From: Stegostoma tigrinum
Taxonomy: Eukaryota
Direction: 5' to 3'
Assembly: GCF_030684315.1 (NCBI RefSeq)
Contig: NC_081393.1
Span: forward strand, 10,303,565-10,367,564
DNA: 64,000 nucleotides
In this document: in pieces, positions 36,297 through 51,200 of the stretch
How the letters are laid out: each line of letters starts with the position of its first letter
Numbering within the stretch: position 1 is the first letter of the stretch
Position numbers and translations under genes: made by a program
Notes under the pieces: generated by a model
What the model was told of the DNA's origin: nothing
Seen by the model: only the letters and a program-made list of their open reading frames with translations
Databases searched by the model: none

Positions 36297-39200
36297 TCAG
36301 ATTCCTTGCTTGATGATAACATCAGATAAATCTTCCTTGCCCTCAATTGCAAGATTCTGTAAGATAACAAAACATTGATTTAAATCTGTGTGCCACCATA
36401 AAACCCTCGTCTGATCTAATTGTCTGCAGCACAAGAACCCTGTTGTTCTCGTCTGTTGTTAACAGGTTACAAGGGCAAACCGTGCAACTTGACTTGTAAC
36501 TAATGTTGTCCCTTCACTCATTCACCCCTCGAACTTGTGGCAGATATGTACCTTTTCATTGGCTAAATGAAGCAAACAGGCAAATGCCATAGGAACAGAC
36601 AGGTTCTTTGCCATTGTACTAGGTAATCTGTCAATATAAGAAAGTACAAATTAAACACAAAACTTCACACGTATAACCAGTTGTGCAGAGACATCGGTAT
36701 GATATATGCTGGCACAATGATACTATAACTGATAATACAGATGTTCCAAGAAGATCCAGATTAAAGTTCGGGACACATCGTTTTTAACTTCACCAAGACA
36801 GGATAGTTCAATAAAACTACACAAATAAAGTCTCGCAAGACACTTAATTGAATAAAAAACAAAAATCGCTGCAAGAGCATAAAAGTCTTGTTGAATTTAC
36901 CACTCCATCTAATACACAAATGTGTTATTGAAAGGAAAGGAAATCTTCTTGTCCTTCGTCTGATCGGACCTACATATGACAGCAAACTTATTGTTAATCC
37001 TGACCTTCTCTTTGAATGGCCTCGCAAGACACTTAATTTTCGACGCAGAGAAAAGTTAAGAGGAAAATGAAACTAAAGGGTCAACCCAGACATTGGATTA
37101 TTAAAAACAAGGCAGAGCGTATGGGGAGTTATGATTGCAAACACCAGCAAGAATAGCAGCAGTCAATGCATGGAAAACAGCCTGCAACTCAACAGTGCCT
37201 CCCCAAACCATAAATAATGCTGGAGAAACTTAAAATCTGGCACAATCTTTGGACAAAGAAATGGAGTGAATGTTTTGAATGTGGGATGACTCTCCTTAAG
37301 TTCTGAAATGTTAACTCCATTTCTGATTTTTTCGGGTTGTGATCTGAAAATTACCAACTGGACCATTTGTGACTCAGAGTTGAAGGATATTTGCATGGTT
37401 TGGGACTTGGATGGGATTTTCTTTCAAGCATCCGTGTACATTCAATAGGATGCAGGGGATCTTTCTGTGCTGCACTAATTTACAATTCTAATCATTTGAA
37501 TAATTCTTTTCATAAATTTCACTGTTTCATTCAGGTACAAAATTGTCCTAAGTGAACTGAGAAATGACACATTTCCATTGGTTCGGATATCCATCCAAGA
37601 TAAAAGAAACAAACCTTTCAAACAGATTCTTGGTGATTGTTGTAAAGCTTTTCTGTCCTTTCACTGTCATTACAGCGACTTGCAGCTCCTCAGTCACTCC
37701 ATTCTGTTTAATGAGCAAGAGTCAACTTGTTTATAATGGTACTCCCCACTGATATAGCACCCTGCAGTCATTACTCAGACAGACAATACTCAGACCTGAA
37801 AGTCACATTCGAACAGTCTCCACATCTAAATGCTGAGAAGCCCAAATCAGATAGTTCATAGATTCCCTACAATGTGGAAACAGGCCCTTCGACCCTCACA
37901 GCATCCTACCTAGGCCCATCTCCCGAGAACCCACCTAACCTACACATCCATGAACACTATGGGCAATTTAGCATGGCCAATCCACGTAGCCTGCACAACT
38001 TTGGACTGTGGGAGGAAGCCAGAGCACCCAGGGGAAACCCACACAAACTCCACACAGAGAGTTGCCCAAGGGTGGATTCAAACCCAGGTCGCTGGTGCTG
38101 TGAGGCACCGTGAGCCACCATGCTGGGTATCAAGGCAGGAAACGAAAGGGAAGCTGCTGCATTTGTGAGGATATACATTTGTTAGATGAGTTCGGTTCGG
38201 GGGGTGGATGGCGGCAAGGTCAGACCATCTTGACATGAGATCCCATGAGAGTAGCATTGTAACACATCATCTTTTCCTCATGACCAAGCAGGCTAATTTA
38301 CTAGCTTTGCTCCTGACCTTGAATCACAACCGAACTTCAAAATGGCATCTCGGTGGAAAGCAGCCATGAAGTTTTCATTTCAGGGCCTTAATTAGGCCAG
38401 CCATTCTTGGCTTTGCACACTCACTCACCACCCGTCGCAAAGTTAAATTTCTCACAGGTCAGGCCAGGCGAGCAGATGATTGAAATGCCACCCAAAATTT
38501 TAGGAGTCCCATAAGTGGGCCTTGAACTCACAACTTATGAGTACAAATGAGACGAGCATATTTTAAACAGTTTACAGTCGCAGCTTGGCTTGGTGAGTTC
38601 TTTGCAGCAAAGCAGGAAAACTCTGAAATAATCTGCTTATTAACCCTGTTGAGTACACTCCTCACTTTTCCTTCCGTGATGTTTTTATTTTCAGTCAGTA
38701 GATCCCACATGTTCTGTTTCAATCTTTTCACATCCATCTTTTTTGCTGTCTTTGAATAATTCAGTAAGATTTTGTTGACCTACAAATGATCAAAATTTAC
38801 AGTTAGATTTTCAAACTTGCAAGATCGAACACATTTCTTGTTCATTTTAACACACCCTGATGCCCAGATTGATAGAACATAGACTTCAGCCATGTTTCTT
38901 TGTCAACCAGTATTTCAAATACAGGAAACAACATTGAATCATCAAATTTGGTGTCTCTTTCCACTATTTTGTATTCTTCTCTCCACCTGTCACAAGTAAG
39001 GTGGAGAAGGCCATTAGCCTTAAGATCATGTAAACTGTCACTTCATTGTTTTGTAGAATGAAGTACATGTTGGTTCTGGCAAAGACCTATCAGTGGTTAA
39101 TACTTCACTCCTTAAAAAAAAGTACACCTTGTGAAATGATACAAGATAGATTATAGCAGCAGCAAATCTCCCCAAATAAAATCCTGTGACTGTACTTGAC

Positions 39201-42200
39201 TTGAAGTGAGATTTGTTGTGTGCTGTTTTCCTGGAGAGGTGTTGCCACAGTGCTGGAGTGTCAGAAGCGGTAGGTAAACAGCTCTGAGCTCCCGGAATTT
39301 TCTTTATTGAGACAAAAGAAGCATGAGTGGGTAGAATCAGACTCAGACAAACCCTGGGTTTTCATTTTGCTTTCATTTGGGGTTTAGAGTTGACAAATTG
39401 AAGCTCATAGATACAGCTCTCCCTCTCTCTGTCTACTGTAGCAAAAAGCTTGAGTTGCCTCTCTTCTGCTAGATTATTTGTTTCAGTGTTCCTTTCTCCT
39501 GGACAGTAAAGGATATGGCATGAGGAAAACCTTTTTTGCTGAATTTGCCTTTGCCAATGGTGTGTTTATGGGATGCTGCTACATTGAAACATTTGATCGT
39601 TAGTAGTTGACGTATTATTTTATTCACTATTTCTATACAGGTGAAGTTTTTTTTTGCTTGTATAATAACTATGGTTTCAGAATAAATTGTATTTTGCTTA
39701 AAGCCTCAGAGTGGACCAATGAAATCACATCTGGAACACAGCACCGTACATTTGCCTTTAACTAAAATAAAAATTTAGGGTCTAGCGTATTTGCTTGATG
39801 TATTTTTGAGGGGGTTTGGTCTGGTCCATAATAATCCTGGCTGTACCAGGTGTCAGCTACAAGATACTCTACCAATAGTTGACAGTTGTACATATTGGCA
39901 AGAATATTTGTCACTGCCACTTATATTCCACTGTCAAGGGGACTGAAGCCTCAAGAACGCTGCTTCAAAGCAAAATAGTTCATCCCGCCCCAGTCTGAAA
40001 GACACAAAGTGACTTTACAGTCTAAACCACTTACTTTATGAGGCTCTGCCACTAAATTTTCTCCTCCATAGGTTGTGATGTTTAAGTCCTTTCCATCCAG
40101 TTCCAAGCCATTCTCGTCTTGTTCCAATGCAGCAAAGGACTCATTTGCAGCCACAAACCCATCATGATCATCATCACTGTCAAGCTGCACAAAACAAAAA
40201 TTTAAAATGTAATTGTGGAAAATAAATCATGTCTCAAGAAAAGTTCTTCAAAAGGAGCATGAGCAATAAACACAGACCTGAGTTCTGGGGCAGAAGTTTG
40301 ATGTGTCATTGGGATTATTATAATCATAATCCCCAATTCCCTCATCTTGATCCGGGCAAATATTTTCTTTCACAATCCTCTTTATCTGAAAACAATTTTA
40401 AGCAAACATGTCAAACCCTTTCAACTCTTTTCAATCAAACTAATGCAGTAAAGGGTATTCTTCATTGGCTCAGCTCAGTGGAAGCAAGAATATTACATTC
40501 TACCGAAGTCATGCTGTATCCAATCTGCACGCAGTTAATGAAGCAGCATAATAAAAACTTCACAGTGGGGGGAGGCACAGTCTCAGACAGACACACACTC
40601 TCATTTCATCCTTTTCACTCTTTGAACGTTTTGCTCGGCCACGACTCCAGTCAAAAGGATGGAAACTCGGCCCTCACTTCTTCCTGCCACTTAAGAGCAT
40701 GAGGCAATTACCCTTTCAAGTTCTATTGCAATCAAGCTGTAGGCTTATCCAGAGTGGACATCTTTTTGAAAACATTTAAGGTGCATCAACTCAATCAATA
40801 ATAGAGTGTAATGTAACAGAATATTTTTACTTCACTCATGTTTCATTATTTTTCACTATTAGAAAATGTGCTCCAGTTACCGTGACACAAGGTTTAAGGA
40901 ACAACCGGGCAATGTTGTCTGGATCATAATGGAAATCTGTAGGTAGTGTTGTCAGCTTTCTACTGCGTCGATCTAATGCAGCTTGAGAGATTGTCGTGGC
41001 AGCCTGGAAAAAATACGATATATTTGGACACAGAACGTCTTGCCTATCCAACATATGAAATGACTCATACCCAGTATAGTGACAATACCCCATGCAAGGA
41101 CCCACAATCCATTCCCAGAGACGAACCACAGCCCAGGAAATACTCTACATATTTGTACACGTGTGGCGATCTTGCAGGAATGAGGCACAGTTGTAGATAG
41201 TTTGTCCCGGATGTTCCTCTCTGCATCATCACCTTGTATGTCCCATCACCTTGTATGTCCCTTCACCATGTGTGGCACGTTTGGGGGAATGCATGGTTGT
41301 AAATGCATCTATAATGATCATCTATTGTTATCATGCAGCATACTAACAATTGCTGTACTTAGAAGGAATGCTAACTATTGCCATATCTCTCATATATAAT
41401 ACAACCCTACTGCTCGTGTTGCAAAGTAATTGTCAACTTCTCAATGTTATACCTCTCAAATATTCTTCCATCTGTTTACAAAGCAATGCAATCAATCCCA
41501 CTCCAGATTCTGTTCTGACAGCCGTAATCTTCATTAGAACTAACACAGTAAATCACAAGTTTGGATCTGAGATGTATCTGTATCTTGCTTTCCACTGAAA
41601 TCCTTGTAAAATCAAGCTACATTACCTTTCCTGGCTTATCTCATCATTGTGTTTTTCCTACCATAGTGGGCCTTGAAATTGATTGGTCAATTTAAATTTT
41701 TTTTAAAATCCCCTGTTCTAAATGCTGCAATATTGTAATACCAACCCTAGTCTCTTTGAACTGAATCTCAAAATTGCTAACTTCATTGAAGTCAACTTCA
41801 AATGTTTTCTTGGCTTGCTTTCTCTTATTTTGGGGAGCAAATGTCTCTGCCAGAAAGAAAGAAAAACAAAATTATTGAAGGTGCATTGAATCACTTAACA
41901 TTCATTCAACACATGCGGATTGTAATTTTATTCCAATTCTATGCTGCATGCAGTACTCAGTTACATGTCTGCATTTAACAACTTCAATCTATTTAAAGTA
42001 TTTAATTAACAAGCTTCATTAAATCAGTGGACTTTTAGAGCACTATGGGATAAAATTTTCCCATGAAAATGAACTGCACAGTGGACTGACATGGAAATCA
42101 GTCATTGATTCTTTAACCTTCCTCACCATTTGCTCAGTGCAGGGTGGAGCCACTTGCAATATTATCCAAAGAAAAACTAACTTTCCGGGGATCAATTTTA

Positions 42201-45200
42201 AACATTGACACAAGCACAATCAAACAAGAATGTCGGGATTTCAGTACCTCTCGGAAGGGACTTGGCCATGTGTATCAAGTGATACTCACCCTTCTGTCGA
42301 GGTTTGAAACGCCAATGATTAGGACCTGCCCACATCTTCATGATTCTGGGGCTGAAGTAGGAATATTCCCCTGGGTGGTTTGACAGCTGAACACAGAGGC
42401 TGTTGAAATCCCCATCTGAGAGGGAAATGATTTCTTTACTATGAAAGAGATTTAAGTATGTTAATCAACTATTTTCAACTCAGATGAAAAGACATTTGGT
42501 CCCAAGCAGTGCTGCTCCAAATCAGATCTTCAAATAATATGGACTAGCAATTTCAGAAACCCTGGTAATTTTCCTTCAAAAATTGATTCAATTTCTAAGT
42601 TTTGATACGTACTGCTGATGCTCTGGTAATGGCTGTGACTGATCAGGATTTCTCAAGCTTGCAAATCACCCTTCTTACCAGTCTTCACCATTTGCCATGA
42701 TGGAAGATTCTTGCTGGTTATCGAAATCCTGGTCCATCACATCTGTAGCATCGTCACAAAGGTCCCCGTCAAAGTCATCCACCACAGGGTCATGGCTTCC
42801 CAGCTGACCACTGACAAATTCTGGCTCTGCATTCATATCGAATAAGTGATCACTTTTTTTGAATTTGTCCAGCATTGAACAAACAGCCTGAGGAGGACAG
42901 TAAGAAGTTACATGCTTTGGGCTGTACACTTACTTGCAAGAATATCAACAGACTCTAAATGGTTGATCATGATGACCCTTTATGAGTTGGAGTTACAAAT
43001 AAAAACAAACTACTAGACAAATTCAGCTTGCTAAACAATAGACAATAGGTGGAGTAGGCCATTCGGCCCTTTGGGCCAGCACCACCATTCATTATGATCA
43101 TGGATGATCATCCACAAATCAGTATCCTGTTCCTGCCTTAACTGTTCCTTCCTGCTGAGAGAGAAACAGCGTTAGCTTTGAGTCTGACATGACTGTTCAT
43201 TCCAACACAGGATGCTGTTGGAGCTAAATTCCTCTAATACTTAGTTTTCACTTCCTATCTCCAGCATTTTAAGTTCTTGGATAAGTTGAGACAGATTCAG
43301 AACTGATTTAACTAACAAAGTGGAGTAGAATGGACCTGCTCTGCCAGTCAGTAGAATCAAGGCTAAACCTGTGCTTCAACTTACAGCACAATTCATTCTG
43401 AGTCCCTTGCTTTCCTGACACACCAACAATTAGTCCAGCTTTTGATGTACTCAACGATGGTCCACCTACAAATCATATTTTCAGGATTCAAGATTCACAA
43501 GACATACAACATGACAATTTGTCCTCATCTCAGTCCTAAACAATTGTCCCCTCTCCTGAGGTTTTAGCCAAAGTTTCCTCCAAGCTGTGCGCGTGCACTG
43601 CAAATCCCAATGTTCCAGGCACAGCGATCAGTGTCAGTCCGCCACATGTGGTATTGACTTACGGTTCCAGGAGTACCCGTTGCACATGAACCTCAGAGAC
43701 CTGTACGGCTCGTAAAAAAAATTAGACAGAATGCTGACTGTGGCCTTACTGAAATGTTCCCAAGCCAGAGGGACTAAGCGTTCATCATGTCCTTTATCAC
43801 GTCCCTTCAGAAACATCTCTGTTTCATTGATATCCAGAGAACAGAGGTCCAATTTAAGGCAAAAGTCAATAGAAATCATGGAATGAAATGAAGTGAGGAT
43901 GGCAGGAATGCAGAGGAAGCAGATAAGCCATATCTTGCCTAATGACAGAGTAGGCCAGAGGAACCCAGTTTGCTCTGGATTCATATGTCGATAGCTAATC
44001 TTCTCAGCCTCCATTCTGCTCATCCCAAAAGACCAATGTCGTCACCTCTTACCGGAACAACTCAGACAAACATTTGCGTCCTTAATTATGGAGACGTAAG
44101 CTACAGTCAGCTTTTCCAGCTTAGTTTTTCACCTACCATTTTATCATCAGCAAACGGATTAACTACTGCCCTTCTCTTTATCCAAGTCATTTTAAGACTG
44201 TAAATAGCTTGGGCCCCAGTGCTGATCTTGTGTCACTCTGTTCTACTCCTTTAGCCTCAAATCCTGGTTAACATGATAACCATTCTATTCTACCCCCACA
44301 CATTCCTGGTTAATCTGCTGAACACCCCAATCTGCAACTGCGCTGCTAATGGCTTCACTAACTCTTTTTGAGGTAGAAAGGATTAAAGGATCATCAACTT
44401 TTCAGCATACAAGGACAAAAGCAAATTCAAATTTCCTCTCCCAAAATAATACAAACTTGATAAACCCACTGCATTCATTCAAAACACGTTGAATCGTAGG
44501 CAGAAGCTCTCCCTTCAAGTCACTGGTGGATCTTCTACTTATCTGAAAACAGCAGTACACCACAAACCATCTGCAGCATGAAACATAAACAACCAGCAAG
44601 CAAAAGAACATGCACACCCATACATACATTGAGTTCAGCCATTTTATTTTGCTCAAAACACTGAAGGCATTTTAACCATTTCATCCACTGATACAGACAT
44701 CAAATCAGTGAGAGACTGTCTCTTGTACCTGATTGTGAGCCTCACTGTCCCAATTCGTAAACTGAAAATCTTCTAATGAAGGACAGATCTTCTTGTCATC
44801 CAGAGATTGCTGAAGGGCTGTGAGAAGTTAATGCAAACAGAAAATAAATTGAGGGCTATGTCCAGATAAGCACTATGCTGAGGGACCAGTACCCAGTCAT
44901 TTTGGAGTTGACATAATGGACATCAAAACATGGTCACAATTGTTGGATCATACAAAAGGACATCGCCAGTAATGTATTGTATTTAGATTTATTTTGATGG
45001 CACCTAATCAGCTGATGCACCTAAACCAACTCTGTGGCAAATGCTGCAAGATGATAAGCATCAATCTGCACAGGATAGCAAGGAACTGCATTGCAGCATG
45101 AGGCTGAAGCCACAATGTTGCAACACAACAAGGTTCTCACTGCAAGTGATGCCAACAGCAAGTATAAATAAAAACATGTGGTTTTGAGGAACAAGTCAAG

Positions 45201-48200
45201 TGTCAACCAGAATGACCCTCTTGGAACTGATAACCAATTAACATTTCTTGTCCAGGCACACAGAGGAGGAATTGCCAATTGGATTGTCATAAGGTCTTTT
45301 AAAATATGGGCTGTGTGCCAGATCAGGAAAGCAAAATTGAAGAGAACAAAAAGATTATCTTCTGCTAAAGCTTATCATCAGAGAGATATGCAATGACCGA
45401 GAGATAGGCAGTAACACTTACAGTTCACTTTATTTCATTAGTTACAAAATGTATTCTGCCAGTCATACTGACAATCATCATTTACAGGCTAAACATCCTT
45501 ACTTACTGCAAAGTGCCCCGAAGAAAACAAACACTTTTGCTAAATAAACACCAAAACAACTGCAGATGCTGTAAATCAGAAACAAAAACAAAGTTGCGGA
45601 AAAGCTCAGCTGCTCTGGCAGCATCTGTAAAGGAAAAGACAGAGTTAATGGTTTGGGTCCGGTGGCCCTTCCTCAAAATAATTTTGCTATCCTCCTTCGA
45701 AGCAGTGTGTGACTATTGTGTAAATTACTGGAGGGTACAAGCACATACATTCGATCTCCCTTCACTGCAAGAGGTGGAGTTAGTGACACCAAACTTATAC
45801 AAGTACTTCTTCGGTCACAGTAATATTACCATTTCATGTCAGCATTTCAAAACAAAGAAAAACTTGCCTCCAAGGTCAGATATCTCCACATGGTCAATGG
45901 GTGGCAACTCTGGTGCAGGACCAGTATCAATGAGTTTGGCATCAGAATCAAACAGCAGCTCAGCAGAGTGTCCGTAAGTCTGCAAATTAACCATGAAAAC
46001 GCCCACTGCACTGCATTCGTCAAACATTGAAGCAGCTTTCTGGAACATTGGGTCAATCTACAAAATACAAGGTGTCAATTGAACTTAATAGGCAGTACAT
46101 TCCGACTCTTCATTTGATTTCTTTCGACAAAGTTGTGTTTGTCTTACTTCCCTCAGTTATGTTTTGCTAAAACATTAGAAAATGCAAGTTGCTCGTCATT
46201 CTTCACTTCATTTTCAATGTAACTTGGACTCAATGCATAATATCACAGCTCAAAGTTAATGCAAAAATATAAAAGTTTGCTTCCTATTCCAGATTGATGT
46301 TCAGATGATTTTTGTGACATGTTTCAATGCATGGTATCGAGTAGGACAGAGATCAGCACAGTCAAAATTCCAAGCACAGTTTGACCCTTCCCACTTAAAG
46401 CAATTACTTAATGAATCACACAGGGATTTCTAGGATCCATTGAATCACATGGCCACTACACGAAACAAAGTAATCTCACCTCACACTTCATGTCACTGGC
46501 TCCATATGTGATGTTATTCAAATTTTGCTCAATCGTTTTATAAGAATGCTTCCTTTTGTTTTGCTTCTGAGATCCTTTTGCATTTTGGCCTTCCAAAGAC
46601 TCAGGGTTTACTTCTGTACACAGAAAAGGCAGAGTCACATAAAACTAGAATGTACAGAGGGAGAGTACAGTTTACAGAAAGGAAGCCAGAACATTTGCTG
46701 AATCTCTAATCTATACATATCCTTTTATATCATGAAACAGGGTGCAAAAAGAAACTATTCCTCTTTATTAAAGGACCAGTACCTCATTTTCTCATGACTG
46801 CACACATGATCTCATGACAGGACAAAGTTTTAATCAATACTAAAGCTAAGTTTTCCTTTCAAAATTGGTTCAAGGTGTACATTTGTCCTTGCTCACCAGC
46901 ACCTGGCTCTTCAGTGTTTTTTCCAAGGCCCCCCAGGATCCTGAACACATCTGAATGAACCGCATCCACTCTCACTGCATAGATCTTCGTACTGGCATCC
47001 AAGGTACCAGCTGCCATCTGCAATCAATTGTCAATACCAGGTTAAAAATTGACATGATACATGCAGGTTACTTCTGTGAACTATGAGTAAAACAAATTAA
47101 ATTATTCCACTGTATTGGCTGTTCACAATGTAGAGTGCTTTGCATTGTAGTTTAAATACAGACTGGGTAAACACATGTGCAGAACCTTCATGCAATAAAG
47201 GAACCATAAGACCACCATCACCCTCTACCTCCATCCACCAACACATAGCTTCATGTTCTGTGTCTTTTTAATTCTGTACCTTGCTGCTACTCTGACTTTT
47301 CCAATTATGCCATGTTGCTGTGGCTCTCTGAACCTCAGCATAAGCTGAAAGGACAGCAACATGTCATCTTTTGTCTTCGCTCTCGAAATCCTTCTCAACT
47401 CAAGACGGAGTTCAGCAGGATGGATGAGCTCGTAGAAAACGCATTCGAGGGAGCAAGGATCATAACATGACAGAATTTCACATTCAATTTGAGGAAGGCA
47501 AGAGTGGGTTCAACAGTAGTATTTCAGCTTACACGAGGGCAACTGAGGACATGAAAGCCAAGCTTGCTGAGTGATCAAAAAATGAAGTCAAGAGATAAGT
47601 CAATTGAGTACAGTGGCAAACATTTAAAGGTATATTTCAAATAAAAAATATATAAAAGATACTGTCCAGGAAGAAAACTAAATTGGAAAGCAAGGTTAAT
47701 GAGAAAGATTAAAAATACAACCAAACTTAAAGAAAAAGCATACAAATGTGCAAAGAGAGGTAGCAGGTCAGAAGATTTTTGTTAACATTGTGTCCAAAGA
47801 TTAATAAACTGGAAAAGATTATCTCCAAGAGAAAAATGGTTGATGATATAAAAACACACAGCAAAGGTTTCAGCGAATGAAGTTCAAACTCCACATCCAC
47901 CAGAATACAAACGAGAAAATCAAACCAAATGTGGATACTTCAAGCATTCACAGCCAGCAGTTAGAATTCCACGATTACAATGATCTCCAATACGTTTCAG
48001 TAATAACTATCAAGATATTGTAAATCCCCTGAAACACACACATCAACATACTGTACACAATGGTGAAGGTGTCTTTGACCAATTGTCTTAGCTTTGTGAA
48101 AGGTGAAAGTTCTACTCTGCCTTTATTATCATACATTTCAGTCTGACATAGCTAGTGAATGAATTATATATCACTTGATTCTCGTTTTTGATTACAGAAG

Positions 48201-51200
48201 CAAAATATTTCAGTGAGATCCATCCACTGCCTGAGCCTATGGCTAGAAGTTTACATGTTTATTGACCTAAAGATCAAGTGTGGAGAAAACCTTTGGTGGA
48301 TCGCCCTTGAGGGACACAGCAGTCAGCCATTCAGCCCACTGAGTCTGCTCAGCCTTGAATACAATAACAGCTGATCAAACACACAAATGTCTTTTATTAA
48401 CACTGTCCCTCGCACCCTTCATGCCATTAGTAATCAAATTTGGAGGCACATGGGTCACCAGGAGAAAGAAGGCAGGAATAATTAAGAATAATTCAGAATA
48501 ATTATGAATAAGTCTTACACATTGTTGCAATCAAGAGCTATTTCTTCTCACTGGGTTAAAACACTGGGTTCCAAGATCTGCCACCCAACTTGGGTTGTTA
48601 TCCTTTACATTCGCTGTTGAAACCATAACAGTAAGATGCATCACAAACAACATAACTAGAATTAACAGAAATCTTTCAAGTCACATTGCGAAGTTGTAGA
48701 GGTCTCAAAGGTTAGTTGGCTCCTTTGAATGAATCACAGGAGGGACAATACAACAAAGTGAATGAGATGTTGTGTCTTTTAAGTCTTTCTAACCTTGAAG
48801 TTAGTGAGTTCAGATTCCTTCTCCTTGAGGAGGTCAGCCATGTAATCAATCAAATGAAGACCAAATGCATTCTTTGTGGTGATTTTCTATGAGAGTCACA
48901 GAATAAAGAGTCCAATTACATTACATTGCAGCAAACTCAAATCTATTGCAGATAACTTTTCACGTTCAGAGTGCAAACCACATCGTTCAGTGGTCCAAAT
49001 TTCTCCTTGCAACCTGACTCCCACTTACTCAGACCTATGAAATGGTGGCATCCAAAAGATGTGGTAATGGAACTCCAGTGACCTGATCAAAATTTCCACA
49101 GCACGTACATTCCTTACATTGTTACACACAGCAACTCGGTGAACACTCGACAAAACCACTTGCTGCTTGATGAATGCAATTATTTTAATTACCTTTTTAC
49201 GAACATGTTCTGAATTCTTCAAAACTAACTGTTACGTTGTCAATGAAGACACATGTCAGCATATTAGCTAGTTTCTCATCCCACCATAAATCAAATTTGA
49301 TGTTTTCTGTTGACAGATCTATGATCTATTACAGTTACTTTGAGAAGCAACAGGAAAGCTTTCACAAAAGAAAACATATTTGAGTACAACTAATCCTTTC
49401 AGTCGAGGAATGGATAAAAAAAGTTTGAAACCAGAATATGAATTTTGTCCAAACAATGGTTAACAAAATGATTATATTGATTCTGTTGCATATGCTGGAG
49501 AAAAGTCACAGAACACCAACATTTTGCGACAAGAAAAAAAAGTCGATAAACAGCATGACACAGGGTTTAAACATAAAACCAATCTACCATTTCTCAGGGG
49601 TTCACCAACCTCTTAGGTATTCCCAATCTTTTCATTTCATGTTGCCACCACGATTTCCAATTTTTAAGAGAAATGTCAAGTAAATTTTCTGAATTCCTTC
49701 ATTGCTGAAGAATCCATGTTTAGCAAAATAGAGAGCCTTGGTCTTTATTATATAGAACATAACAGCACAGTATAGGCCCTTTGGCCCTCGATGTTGTGCC
49801 GACCTGTCATACCGATCTGAAGCCCATCTAACCTACACTATTCCATATGCTTATCCAATGACGACTTAAATGTACCTAAAGTTGGCGAATCTACTACCGT
49901 TGCAGGCAAAGCGTTCCATTCCCTTACTACTCTGAGTAAAGAAACCACCTCTGACATCTGTCCTATATCTTTCACCCCTCAATTTAAAGCTATGCCCCCT
50001 TGTGCTCGCCATCACAATACTAGGAAAAAGGCTCTCCCTATCCACCCTTGACAGTCGTTGTATATGTGGTAATAACTAACTGAATCTTCTTTGGACTGCC
50101 TTCAATGCCAGTATATCTTTCTTGAGCTAAGGGACACAAAACTGTGTTCCAGCTGTGGTCTGACTCATGCCTTGCATATATAAGCACAATCTTGCTACCT
50201 TTATACTCTATTCCTTTTGCAGTAAAGAACACCAACATTCCATTTAACCATCCTGCCTGATCATATCTAAATCTGCCTGATGGATGCATTTCTAACTGCT
50301 CTGGTGTTACTGCCTCTATAATAGCCTCTAACATTTTCTCAATAACCTATAAATTTAACTGGCCTCAAGTTTTTTTTTGCCTCCATTTCTTCTTAAATAA
50401 TGGCATTACGTTGGCAGTTTTCTAATTCTTTGAGACTTTTCCAGAATCAAAGGATTCTTAGAAGATTACTCCCCACACATCCACTATCTCTGTAGCTTCT
50501 TCCTTCAGTACCCAATGACACATTCCAGCAGGTCTATATTTGACGCAACGGTACAAGAAGCACGTGTCCATTCCAATTTTCAACAAATTTGACATTGTAA
50601 AGAAAAAACTGAGTCTGTTATGAATTCAGAACAACTGTCAACATCCACTTACATTTTCAGAACATAGTTTGATGCAGGTAGAATAGTGTTCAGATATCTG
50701 ATTATTTGACAGTTTGGGTTCAAAGGATTGTGGGGTCCCCCTGCAACAATCAATGACAATCAGAATCAATTATTTTGAAGGTCAAAAGCAACTTGTCCAC
50801 AGCTCAGCATTCAAACAAACCCAGAGTCAAGAATTCTGACACATCACACCAACAAAAGTAGCAACCTGTAATGTTAATTAGGAAGGCCTTTGGACAATAC
50901 TCAGGGTTCAGAAGCAGCACAGAAGAAAAGCAGAAGCAGAGTTCACTCTGGAGCAATGATACACAAATACATGCTAAGTGACATGAGAATGAAACAGTGC
51001 AATGAAACCTACCTTTGCACTGGGGATACCAAAGGGCTCTCTGTGCCACTTAGTTGCAAGTCTGTCACTTTTGAGCGCCTTCTCTCTCTCCTTTCACGTT
51101 CATCATCATTTGCTGCAACATCCATTTTTACAGAGGACTTTAGAGTCTGAACAGCCTGTCGCTTCGTAGCTGGAGAAATAAACTTGTGGTCAGAAGACCC

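Noticed and set aside
40229-40702. 157-aa + strand ORF
   Set aside because: Antisense to NCAPH exon 40278-40385 and the adjacent intron, with no recognisable domain.
41228-41261. 17-bp tandem duplication ATCACCTTGTATGTCCC (also a 10-bp-period AT-rich repeat near 48478-48512)
   Set aside because: Ordinary slippage-type duplications. They are not spaced arrays, and nothing CRISPR-like is present.
43655-43725. Possible minus-strand cassette exon in NCAPH (T-tract, AG ... GTAAGT)
   Set aside because: The 38 or 46 nt length would shift the frame, the exonic donor context is weak, and the NCAPH protein is complete without it.
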